NCBI GenBank assembly: GCA_964573245.1
Contig: CAZNJA010000001.1
Span: 1 to 54,762 of the forward strand
Direction: 5' to 3'
DNA: 54,762 nucleotides
DNA from: an uncultured bacterium
GTDB taxonomy: Bacteria; CAIJMQ01
The position numbers and the translations under genes were made by a program. Within the stretch, counting starts at the first letter, position 1. Each line of letters opens with the position of its first letter. Below are positions 24,864-32,913 of this stretch, in pieces. The notes beneath the pieces were generated by a model, which saw nothing but the letters and a program-made list of their open reading frames with translations, made no database searches and was not told the origin of the DNA.

Positions 24864-25111
24864 TGCTAACCTCTAATAAAGTTAGTTCTCTTTTTTCTCT
24901 GGAACAAAACTCAAGACTATATTATATGTATAATAAGCAGGTAGTAAATATAACACATAAAAATATTTTGTCAAGTATTCTTTTATTAGCGTCAATCCTC
25001 CTTGAAGATACCCTCTCATTCCTTTCAAAAGGCGGTGTCTAAAACGCCGAAGGCGGCTGAAGTCCTCTTTTGTTTTTCCATGGTCAAATTATATACTATA
25101 TATGGAAGTTT

Positions 25112-25136
25112 GAACCTTTTTGTTTGTGTGTACGTC
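25112..25136 (+). promoter_or_regulatory. Putative ECF-type autoregulatory promoter (GAAC-N17-CGTC)
   Basis: tttGAACCtttttgtttgtgtgtaCGTCTTA lies 17 nt upstream of the ECF sigma ATG. It has the same CGTCT -10 element as the candidate at 3241-3267. Confidence 0.35.
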
Positions 25137-25153
25137 TTATTCATGAGAGAGAA

Positions 25154-25693
25154 ATGAATAACAGGTATGAAAATCTGCATGACGAAATTCTGGTGCTTCG
25201 CAGTCAGCAAAAACAAGTTGAGGCTTTTGAGGAACTTGTTAAACGTTGGCAAAAGCGTCTCTGGAGACATGCGTTTCAAATAACACGGGATGAAAATGCC
25301 TCGTGGGATATTGTCCAAAACACTTGGATGAGAGTTATTAAATCCCTTGCACGATTGGAAGACCCCGCGGCTTTTCCTGGATGGGTTCTTCGAATCGTAA
25401 ATAACTTAGCCATAGATTGGATTCGTAAAGAGATTAAAAGAAGGAAAACGCACGAACTATATGCGCAGTCAGTTCATGATAAAGATTTGCAGCATAATTC
25501 TACTTTCGATACCGTTCAGGAAGCTATGTGCAAACTACACCCAGCTGAACATACTATTCTTGGTTTCTTCTATATCGAGGGTTTTAATCTTGATGAAATT
25601 GCAACTGTTTTGTGTATACCTAAGGGAACAGCAAAGTCCAGACTTCATTATGCCAGAAAAAAATTAAAAAATTTATTGGAGGAAAAGTTATGA
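25154..25693 (+). CDS. ECF-family RNA polymerase sigma factor
   Basis: The start is set at MNNRYENLHDE (ATG 25154, preceded by GAGAGAG). Region 2 is DIVQNTWMRVIKS...WVLRIVNNLAIDWIRK and the region 4 HTH is LDEIATVLCIPKGTAKSRLHYARKKL. Confidence 0.85.
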   Translation: MNNRYENLHDEILVLRSQQKQVEAFEELVKRWQKRLWRHAFQITRDENASWDIVQNTWMRVIKSLARLEDPAAFPGWVLRIVNNLAIDWIRKEIKRRKTHELYAQSVHDKDLQHNSTFDTVQEAMCKLHPAEHTILGFFYIEGFNLDEIATVLCIPKGTAKSRLHYARKKLKNLLEEKL

Positions 25694-26079
25694 TGGAAAA
25701 ACTGGATAAACAAATCCGGACGGTTTTTGAACAAGATTTTAAATATGATGAAAACAGACACGCAACTTCAATTAAGGAGGTGGTAAAAATGTATAGAAAA
25801 AGAACCAAAATTGCAAAATATGTAACATGGGCTTATCTTTTTTTTGCGACGGGGCTTATCCTATTCTGTTTTTGGCAGTTCTTTAGAACAGACAACATGA
25901 AGACAATGATTCTTATGGCTATCGTCATTCTCATATTGCACGAAGTTACTATATTAATGAAACTATGGTGGTGGGTTTACAGCTCGAGAAATGCTACCTT
26001 GGAAAGTTTAAAAACAATCCAGTATCAACTTAATGAGATACAAGGAGCAAATACGAAGAAAACTGATCCGAATAATTAG
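25690..26079 (+). CDS. Small two-TM membrane protein, candidate cognate anti-sigma factor
   Basis: 129-aa ORF with an ATGA overlap with the sigma stop and two TM segments (YVTWAYLFFATGLILFCFWQFF and MILMAIVILILHEVTILMKLWWW). The function is inferred from position only. Confidence 0.45.
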   Translation: MMEKLDKQIRTVFEQDFKYDENRHATSIKEVVKMYRKRTKIAKYVTWAYLFFATGLILFCFWQFFRTDNMKTMILMAIVILILHEVTILMKLWWWVYSSRNATLESLKTIQYQLNEIQGANTKKTDPNN

Positions 26080-26101
26080 GATAATTCGGCCCTGCTTTTA
26101 C

Positions 26102-26356
26102 TTATTTAGCATTTTTAACTAATCTCTCTTTCTGCGCTCTTGTTAGTTTCTTTATTCTAATCTCTTCTAGAACAGCTTTCTTGGAATGTTTATATTCTTT
26201 ATACCATACCAATTTAACAGGTTTTCTACTTCTGGTGTATTTCGCGCCTTTTCCGTCATTATGCAGTTTAAGCCGTTTTTCCAAATCATTCGTGTAACCT
26301 GTGTAATAAGTGCCCTTACTACACTCAACGATGTACACATAGTACTTGTTTTTCAT
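26102..26356 (-). CDS. Small GIY-YIG nuclease-domain protein (second copy of the family)
   Basis: The start is set at MKNKYYVYIVECSKGTYYTGYTNDLEKRLKLHN (GIY-YIG block). A TAATG stop/start overlap links it to the upstream hydrolase gene. Confidence 0.75.
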   Translation of the reverse strand: MKNKYYVYIVECSKGTYYTGYTNDLEKRLKLHNDGKGAKYTRSRKPVKLVWYKEYKHSKKAVLEEIRIKKLTRAQKERLVKNAK

Positions 26357-27108
26357 TAGCTTGTTAAAGTAGATTCCGTCAGCCACGAATTACACAAAGA
26401 TACAAATTCTTTTGGGCTATTTATATACAAATCTTCCGCGTGCAAGCCGTTTTTTATCATTGCCAATTTCTTCGGGTCTTTGGCTTTTTTGTATAGTGCT
26501 TCCGCATGGTGCTTGAAAATAATCGGGTCTTTTTCTCCCTGAATCAACAAAAGCGGGATAGGGGAGATATTGTCAATAACATTGATGGGTTTTTCCTTTT
26601 TCGCAAACATATTCCCTAGTCGCATCTTAAAAGTATGTTTGCCCGACTTCTTGATTCCGGGGATAAGAGCGTCTTTATACAGGAATCTGTTTTCAATCTT
26701 CTCAAAACTAATCGGCGCGCTTATAGTGATTAAGCCGTTTACATTCTTATGTTTTGCCACTTCAATAATACAAGAAGCGGCTCCCAACGAAAATCCCATT
26801 AAATAAATGCAGGTATAATTCTTTTTAGCATATTCAACGACTGCTTTGATGTCTTCGTGCTCTATAGAGGAAAAACCAAATATGCCGCCGCTGTCTCCAT
26901 GCCCGCGTTGGTCCATTGCAATAATATCGTATAGTTCGAAAAGGTCGTTGGAAAGGTCTAAAAAAGGTTTTGAATCTTTGGACATTGCAAACCCGTGACA
27001 AATAATTAAGACAGCATCCCTGCCGTCTTTTTTAAAATGATTCAAAGCGATTTTCGTTTTATCAAATGATTCTACTGTTTTATTTTGCATTTTGTGATTA
27101 TAAATCAT
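26356..27108 (-). CDS. Alpha/beta-fold hydrolase
   Basis: 250-aa ORF with HGF (oxyanion region), the nucleophile elbow GFSLGA and a late LHAED His region. Confidence 0.75.
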   Translation of the reverse strand: MIYNHKMQNKTVESFDKTKIALNHFKKDGRDAVLIICHGFAMSKDSKPFLDLSNDLFELYDIIAMDQRGHGDSGGIFGFSSIEHEDIKAVVEYAKKNYTCIYLMGFSLGAASCIIEVAKHKNVNGLITISAPISFEKIENRFLYKDALIPGIKKSGKHTFKMRLGNMFAKKEKPINVIDNISPIPLLLIQGEKDPIIFKHHAEALYKKAKDPKKLAMIKNGLHAEDLYINSPKEFVSLCNSWLTESTLTS

Positions 27109-27126
27109 GGAAAAAACGATAGTCAG

Positions 27127-27315
27127 TTACCAGGATTTTTTCCCCACAAAGAACCCGATTATGAAACCAATAAGTATCATTAAAGGTAACAAAATAATGC
27201 GGGACATACTTATTTTCCAAAAGAACAGTCTTATGTCAACAACCTGAGTATTTTGAAGCAAAAGAATTAAGAATAAACCTGCCACAACAAGCGCGAAAAT
27301 AACTTTAGGCTTCAT
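27127..27315 (-). CDS. LapA-domain small inner-membrane protein
   Basis: The start is set at MKPKVIF, with GGGAGGA 6 nt upstream. It has two TM segments flanking QNTQVVDIRLFFWKISM, the LapA/DUF1049 pattern. Confidence 0.6.
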   Translation of the reverse strand: MKPKVIFALVVAGLFLILLLQNTQVVDIRLFFWKISMSRIILLPLMILIGFIIGFFVGKKSW

Positions 27316-27321
27316 AACAAA

Positions 27322-27400
27322 TCCTCCCGTAGTACTCCCGTAGGAGTACGGAGTCCCCCCTGTTAGTCTCGCCATTGTATCAGTGGCGGACTAGGGGGGA
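27322..27400 (-). repeat. Two-hairpin leader element L1 (C-run / hairpin / AACAGGGGGGACTCCG / hairpin / CGGGAGGA)
   Basis: The minus sense reads TCCCCCCTAGTCCGCCActgatacaaTGGCGAGACTAACAGGGGGGACTCCGTACTCCtacgGGAGTACTACGGGAGGA, followed by tttgttATG. It is a homolog of 28795-28865. Confidence 0.7.
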
Positions 27401-27469
27401 TTTATTCTCTTATAATTTTAAGTTATTATAACAGGATGTGGTGATTTTGTGGGGGGAAGATATATTATT

Positions 27470-27970
27470 CTATTTATTAAATTCTCTTTCTTTTGCTTGA
27501 AGTAGTTTATTACGTTCTTTTTTAAAATTTTCAATCGTGCTAATCCTACTTCCTTCAGTGCCTCTCATGCTAAATTGACCATTAATTTCTTCTAATAGAT
27601 GTTCGTATAGTAATCTTTCACTATCTTTCCATTCTTTAGGAGTAAAATAAACAGGTATTTTCTCAACTGTATTGTAATAAATAGTAATCCAGTCTTTGTC
27701 TGTTAATAATTTATCGCTCATTTTTTCTTTTATTTCGTCAAGATTTTTAGATATTCCTATTCCCATTTTTAGTATCTCTTTCTGGTATTGTTTATCTGAT
27801 TTTTTTTCATTCAAGCCATAATAAACTTGAAAAAGCAAACAAATAACCAGCAACAAAAGAATTTTTTTCTGCTTTTTCCATAATGCGATTGCTCCAATTA
27901 TTCCAATAATAATTAGAGATAATCCATATAATATTTCCATTAAATTCATGACAATTGTCTCCAAGAACAT
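27470..27970 (-). CDS. Hypothetical two-TM membrane protein with a charged cytoplasmic tail
   Basis: 166-aa ORF with TM segments near the N-terminus and a K/E-rich remainder. I recognise no motif, and the start is uncertain (alternative MNLMEIL). Confidence 0.5.
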   Translation of the reverse strand: MFLETIVMNLMEILYGLSLIIIGIIGAIALWKKQKKILLLLVICLLFQVYYGLNEKKSDKQYQKEILKMGIGISKNLDEIKEKMSDKLLTDKDWITIYYNTVEKIPVYFTPKEWKDSERLLYEHLLEEINGQFSMRGTEGSRISTIENFKKERNKLLQAKEREFNK

Positions 27971-28026
27971 TTATTTTTAGATTACCTTCTCTTATACAAC
28001 TCAATCAATTTCACTTTATTTAATTC

Positions 28027-28788
28027 TTAGAATGGCAAAATATCCTTCAATTTTTCCATTGTCTTTTCACCCTCTTCTTTTGCTTTATCAAGTGTGCCTT
28101 GAGCTGATTTGGTTGCGCCTTTTAAAAGGTCGCCTGCTTCTGTCTGCAGAGAACCCAAATCAAAATCGGCAAGTTTTGCGATTGCTGTATTTATCAGCGC
28201 TTTGGTTATGATCAAGCTGGCAAGTTTTTTAGGGTCTGTTATGTTTTCATATCTATCATCAATATTTAACTCAAATTCTGTTGTTTTGGGTTCTGAACCT
28301 TTAGAATAATCTTTGTAAACAACTTTACCTATTTTTAACTCAAGCACATCTATTTTAAACTCTGCTTTTTGTGTCTTCTCTTCTTGAGATGGGGTTCCCT
28401 TTTCTTTTGTATCCTTAACAACTTTTAGAGAATCAAGGTTAAGTTTACCTTTTTCGTTTTTCACTACAACAAATTCTTTTAGGTTAAGCCTCATTTCTTC
28501 AATGTGCACATTTTTCTTTAGGAATGCACCCAAATCATAATCAACATAGATTTCCGGCATGTCTATCATTAATTTGTCGCTGAACTGGGGCGGGTTGTAT
28601 AACTTCATTTCTTTTATGCTAACCATACTTTTTATTATTCCTACATTCATACTACCAATACTTAAATCCAATCCCGTCATCGTCTTAACACCGGCCGATA
28701 TAGCTTTTTTAGCTATTATGTTTTTAGCGGAGATTAGAGCAACAACTAAAACTACCAGTATTAAAACTACAATTCCCAGCTTTTTCAT
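28027..28788 (-). CDS. Membrane-anchored envelope protein (AsmA-like/DUF748-like, weak)
   Basis: 253-aa ORF with an N-terminal TM (LGIVVLILVVLVVALISA) and a beta-rich body with alternating patterns. GGGAGGAG lies 5 nt upstream of the ATG. Confidence 0.45.
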   Translation of the reverse strand: MKKLGIVVLILVVLVVALISAKNIIAKKAISAGVKTMTGLDLSIGSMNVGIIKSMVSIKEMKLYNPPQFSDKLMIDMPEIYVDYDLGAFLKKNVHIEEMRLNLKEFVVVKNEKGKLNLDSLKVVKDTKEKGTPSQEEKTQKAEFKIDVLELKIGKVVYKDYSKGSEPKTTEFELNIDDRYENITDPKKLASLIITKALINTAIAKLADFDLGSLQTEAGDLLKGATKSAQGTLDKAKEEGEKTMEKLKDILPF

Positions 28789-28794
28789 TTTTAC

Positions 28795-28865
28795 TCCTCC
28801 CGAAGCACTCCCTACGGGAGTGCGAAGTCCCCCTGTTATCCCGACGTTACGTCGGGGTAGGGGGA
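28795..28865 (-). repeat. Two-hairpin leader element L2
   Basis: The minus sense reads CTCCCCCTACCCCGACGtaaCGTCGGGATAACAGGGGGACTTCGCACTCCCgtaGGGAGTGCTTCGGGAGGAG, followed by taaaaATG. It contains the last codons and TAA stop of the upstream trmO-like gene. Confidence 0.7.
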
Positions 28866-29350
28866 GAGTTCCATTCCATTTTTATATCTATTACGGGACT
28901 ACCATCAATTGCGTCCAACCCTTCAACATATAGTTTAGTTCCTTCTACTTTAACTAATTTTACATCCTGAATAGCAATTTTAGATAGCCTGTGAGGTGTT
29001 CTTGAAGCAAAAACTCCTACCTTTTTACCGTCCAGACCCCTGCTAAAAACAGTTCTTACTTTATTGAATTTATGTAAGTAATATACCAAAGTTATATATT
29101 TTTCTTCCTCAAGTTTATATAAAAATGGCTTTTGGGAGGGTAATAATTCTATGCAGGATATACTTTCCTTACCTAAAGTTCCGAAGTCTGTCCCGTTAAG
29201 GTTTAGTTTGTTTTTTACTATGCCTATAGGATATATCTTAAAAGGTTTTGTTTTACCGTATATACAGTAAATGCATATGTTCTTATTATCAATGACAAAA
29301 ATCTCATCTTTTTTAAAACTTTTTTGGCATTTCTGGCAGGTATAATCCAT
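28847..29350 (-). CDS. trmO: TrmO/TsaA-family tRNA methyltransferase-like protein with an N-terminal Cys-rich segment
   Basis: 167-aa ORF. YPIGIVKNK...VGVFASRTPHRLSKIAIQDVKLVKVEG.KLYVEGLDAIDGSPVIDIK matches the UPF0066/TsaA pattern. The C-terminal NSPPTPT* is encoded by element L2. Confidence 0.65.
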   Translation of the reverse strand: MDYTCQKCQKSFKKDEIFVIDNKNICIYCIYGKTKPFKIYPIGIVKNKLNLNGTDFGTLGKESISCIELLPSQKPFLYKLEEEKYITLVYYLHKFNKVRTVFSRGLDGKKVGVFASRTPHRLSKIAIQDVKLVKVEGTKLYVEGLDAIDGSPVIDIKMEWNSPPTPT

Positions 29351-29352
29351 TT

Positions 29353-30903
29353 TTATCTTCTCTTATACAACCCGAACAATTCCGCTTGTTCTAATATATG
29401 TTCTTGCATAGCTTCTTCTAATTGGGCTTTGGTTGTTCCCTCATTTAAATTTAACATCGTATCAATCGCATATATTTTGAAAAAATAGCGGTGTGTTCCC
29501 GAAGGCGGGCAGGGGCCATGGTATTGTTTCCTGCCGGCAGTATTATTTCCCTGCTTGCCAGGGATGCTGTTTTCTTTAATTTCTGAAATTACAGGAATAT
29601 CAAAAACTACCCAATGCACCCAAGTGCCCATCGGCGCATCAGGGTCGTCAACTATCAATGCCAAACTTTTTGTTCCTTCTGGAGCACCTTCAATATTAAG
29701 AGCAGGATTGATATCTTCTCCGTCACATGTGAACTTGCCGGGCATAAGTTGATTATTCTGAAAATCCGGGCTTGTTATTTTCATATTCTTACCTCCTTTT
29801 ATTTGTGAAAAAATAGATAAGTATTCTCCGTAACCTTCTTTTGCTAAATCTTCTTTGGGAATGAAGCGCAATGCTGCAGAATTTATGCAATAGCGCAATC
29901 CTGTGGGTTGGGGACCGTCTTGGAACAAATGCCCCAAATGAGAATCTCCCTGTTTGCTTTTCACCTCGGTTCTTTTCATAAAGAGGGTTCGGTCTTCTTT
30001 TTCAACTATGTTTTCCTCTTCTAAGGGTTTTGTAAAACTTGGCCAGCCTGTTCCCGATTTGAATTTATCTTTCGAACTGAATAATGGTTCTCCTGTAACT
30101 ATATCTACATAGATTCCTTCTCTCTTGTTATTCCAGTATTCATTGTCAAAAGCATTTTCCGTTGCGCATTCCTGGGTAACTTTGTATTGCAGGGGTGTTA
30201 ACTTGGATTCTAATTCTTCGTCAGTTGGTTTCTGGTATTTTTTGTTTTCTTGAGTTTCTTTTTGTTTTTTGAATGTTTCCCATATTTGTTTTATTTTCTT
30301 CAGGAAAGATTCTCTTCCCGATGCTTTTTTATACCTGTCATATCTTTCAGGGTTTTTCTTATAGTAATCCTGATGGTATTCTTCTGCTTTATAGAATATG
30401 GATGCGGGAATTATCTCTGTAACTATTGGCTTTTTATGTATTCCGGATTTTTCCAGTTCTTCTTTTGATTTTTCTGCAAGTTTCTTTTGTTCTTCTGTAT
30501 GGTAAAAAATAGCTGTTTTATATTGACTTCCTTTATCGTTAAACTGTCCTTTGGGATCTGTGGGGTCTATTTGTAGCCAAAAAATATCCAGAAGCTGGGA
30601 ATATGAAATTTTTGAAGGGTCATATGTAATCTGCGCTACTTCCCTGTGCTCTGTTGTGCCCGAACTAACATCTTTATATGTAGGGTCTTTGGTAGCTCCT
30701 CCCATATATCCTGCTTGTACGTCAATGACTCCCGGCTGGAATTCAAATACGGGCTCCATACACCAAAAACAACCTCCTGCAAAAGTGGCTTTTTCCATTT
30801 TTGTTTCAGCGTTTGAATTTTGCGGCATCATATAGAGTAGAAATACTAATATAAAAATAGTAATACTTTTAACAAGAAATCTCAAATTACTTACTTTTAC
30901 CAT
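29353..30903 (-). CDS. msrAB: Secreted MsrA-MsrB-PEBP(YbhB-like) triple-domain protein
   Basis: 516-aa ORF with a signal peptide. MsrA motif: [11 protein letters not shown]. MsrB motifs: [30 protein letters not shown] motifs: [15 protein letters not shown] and [13 protein letters not shown]. Confidence 0.85.
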   Translation of the reverse strand: MVKVSNLRFLVKSITIFILVFLLYMMPQNSNAETKMEKATFAGGCFWCMEPVFEFQPGVIDVQAGYMGGATKDPTYKDVSSGTTEHREVAQITYDPSKISYSQLLDIFWLQIDPTDPKGQFNDKGSQYKTAIFYHTEEQKKLAEKSKEELEKSGIHKKPIVTEIIPASIFYKAEEYHQDYYKKNPERYDRYKKASGRESFLKKIKQIWETFKKQKETQENKKYQKPTDEELESKLTPLQYKVTQECATENAFDNEYWNNKREGIYVDIVTGEPLFSSKDKFKSGTGWPSFTKPLEEENIVEKEDRTLFMKRTEVKSKQGDSHLGHLFQDGPQPTGLRYCINSAALRFIPKEDLAKEGYGEYLSIFSQIKGGKNMKITSPDFQNNQLMPGKFTCDGEDINPALNIEGAPEGTKSLALIVDDPDAPMGTWVHWVVFDIPVISEIKENSIPGKQGNNTAGRKQYHGPCPPSGTHRYFFKIYAIDTMLNLNEGTTKAQLEEAMQEHILEQAELFGLYKRR

Positions 30904-31124
30904 TTTTTTTATTTTGCTTGGATTTTATTTTACCTATTTTCTCCTGAAGTATCCCCATAGGGCATATAGTACGCCAAGCGCGGTGTTTCATTGTAGTTCC
31001 CAAAATAATTGATATGATATGTTATAAGGCACATACTTACAAAAACAGCTCCTATTGTGGTTAAGTTGCCACCGGTAGGAACTATTCTATATTATTTGCG
31101 ATTTTTTCATGTATTCACCTTTGA

Positions 31125-32831
31125 TTAACGTTTTATTATCCCAAGTGAATTTTCAAGGATATTCCAAATGTCTTGAATATCTTTTGCATTTATAAGTCCA
31201 TTCCTGACTTTTTTGTTACTTAGCGCTTTTGCAATCAACGCAAGTGTCTGGACCTGGACGTCGTTATCAGTTGGCGTTAATATTAAAAATATAAAATGAG
31301 TAAGTTCTCCATCAGGAGAATTCCAGTCTATTCCGGATATAGACCTGCCGAAAGCAATAATAGGTTTTTTTAGGAAAGAAAGGCGCGCATGCGGGACGGC
31401 GATTCCTTCTTCCATTGCCGTTCCCATGGAATTTTCCCGGTCTAATACTGCTTTGTAGATTTTTTCTACATTTGAAAATCCCTCCTGTTCGCAGATAATT
31501 TCGCAAAGGTTTTTTATGGATTTATCCCTGTTTTCCGTTGACAGTTCAAGGATAATAGCCCTTCGGGAGAAGAATTCCAAAACGCTTATTCTCTTGCGTT
31601 TCTTAATGGCATAATTTAACCATGGTCCCAGTATTACGGATGAAAATACCGCGCTGAAAACAATCGCCACAAAAACTCTTGCTGTAATAAGGTTATATTC
31701 CAGCGCCAGCACGCTTATCACTATTTCCATCACGCCTCCGGGTATATGTGCAATCGCGATCGGCAAACGGTTTGCTCTGTCAATTTTTGTTAAGTTGACG
31801 CCAAACCACGCCCCAAAAAATCTGCCTAAAATTCCGATAATGCTAAACAATAAAACAAGAAAAATATCAAAGTTCAACCAGAAATCAACTTTTAATCCTA
31901 TGTTTACGAAAAATAGCGGGACGAATAGAGCATAGACTATTTGAGAAATAATCTGGCGGGTTCTTTCTGAAAGCGCCGGCGAGCTTCCCGCCATTATGCC
32001 TGCCAAAAAGAAACCGAATAACGCGTGAATGCCGATTTTTTGGGTTATCGCGCCGCATAACGCGCCCAAAAGGCATATGAATGTAAGCGAAGTTGCCGGC
32101 TCGGGCAAGTTTTTGGAATGTATTTTAGAAATAAAACGGTCGGTGAATTTTCTGCCTATAGTAAGGCATAAAACGGCGAAGCCGATTGTTAGGGAAAATA
32201 TAAGGAAAGCGGAACCTATATTGAACTTGATTTGCGTGAAAATGCCCAAAACCATCGTAAATATCAGCCAGCCGATAATATCGTTGACCGAAAGCGCGGA
32301 CATTATCAAATATCCTAAATCTGTTTTGGATAATTTTAAGTCGTGCAGGGCTCTGGCTGTTATCGGCATGGCGCTTATTGTCATTACCGTAGCCATAAAA
32401 AAAGCGAAAATTATTCTTCTGCTTGGGTCCACCAAGTAATGATCAGGCAAGAATAAACAGGGAATAAAAGCGATTAGCATAGGAAAGACAATGTCCAACA
32501 GAGATATTTTTAACGCGTCTCCTCTTTGCCGCCAGGCGCTTGAGAAATCTATTTCAAGCCCTATTTCCAAAAGAAGGAATAAGACACCCAGCCATGCAAC
32601 GGTTTCAAACATGCTTTGCTGGACTATATCAGGCGGGAAAATATATTGATGTAATTGAGGGAAGAATCTGCCCAGAATAGTTTTTCCTAAAATAATGCCT
32701 ATCAGGATTTCCGCAGTTAAAGGTGGCTGTTTCCATTTATTGAAAATTTCGCCGAGGATTCGGGCTAATCCCAACAGTAAGAATACCTGAACAAGGAAGA
32801 TGAATATGTTTTGTTCGTTTAAGTAATGCAT
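31125..32831 (-). CDS. CPA2-type cation:proton antiporter fused to a C-terminal PTS EIIA(Ntr/Fru)-like domain
   Basis: 568-aa ORF with about 12 TM segments and Kef/NapA-like motifs. The C-terminal 150 aa carry GTAMEEGIAVPHARL, the EIIA type-2 His motif. Confidence 0.75.
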   Translation of the reverse strand: MHYLNEQNIFIFLVQVFLLLGLARILGEIFNKWKQPPLTAEILIGIILGKTILGRFFPQLHQYIFPPDIVQQSMFETVAWLGVLFLLLEIGLEIDFSSAWRQRGDALKISLLDIVFPMLIAFIPCLFLPDHYLVDPSRRIIFAFFMATVMTISAMPITARALHDLKLSKTDLGYLIMSALSVNDIIGWLIFTMVLGIFTQIKFNIGSAFLIFSLTIGFAVLCLTIGRKFTDRFISKIHSKNLPEPATSLTFICLLGALCGAITQKIGIHALFGFFLAGIMAGSSPALSERTRQIISQIVYALFVPLFFVNIGLKVDFWLNFDIFLVLLFSIIGILGRFFGAWFGVNLTKIDRANRLPIAIAHIPGGVMEIVISVLALEYNLITARVFVAIVFSAVFSSVILGPWLNYAIKKRKRISVLEFFSRRAIILELSTENRDKSIKNLCEIICEQEGFSNVEKIYKAVLDRENSMGTAMEEGIAVPHARLSFLKKPIIAFGRSISGIDWNSPDGELTHFIFLILTPTDNDVQVQTLALIAKALSNKKVRNGLINAKDIQDIWNILENSLGIIKR

Positions 32832-32913
32832 GATTACTTATTCCTAAGAAAAAGCATAAAGAGCCTCGTCTTGTAAGTGGATTGTTCTACCTACAAGGCA
32901 GTAAAAAATTTAA

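Noticed and set aside
27986-28015. A 15-nt identity (CTTCTCTTATACAAC), plus partial extension, with the 3' end of the PEBP domain (29357-29390). This hints at a remnant of a second PEBP gene.
   Set aside because: A single 15-mer match in an AT-rich 55-kb window is within chance expectation (order of one expected on both strands). The extension is weak, and the implied peptide similarity covers only about 10 residues.
30904-31124. A 34-codon minus-strand ORF (MKHRAWRTICPMGILQEK...) overlapping the msrAB start. Its CPMG context is vaguely like N-termini of membrane 4Fe-4S/NosR-type proteins, so it could be a pseudogene remnant.
   Set aside because: It is too short, has stop codons immediately upstream in frame and no SD, and the similarity rests on about 8 residues recalled from memory.
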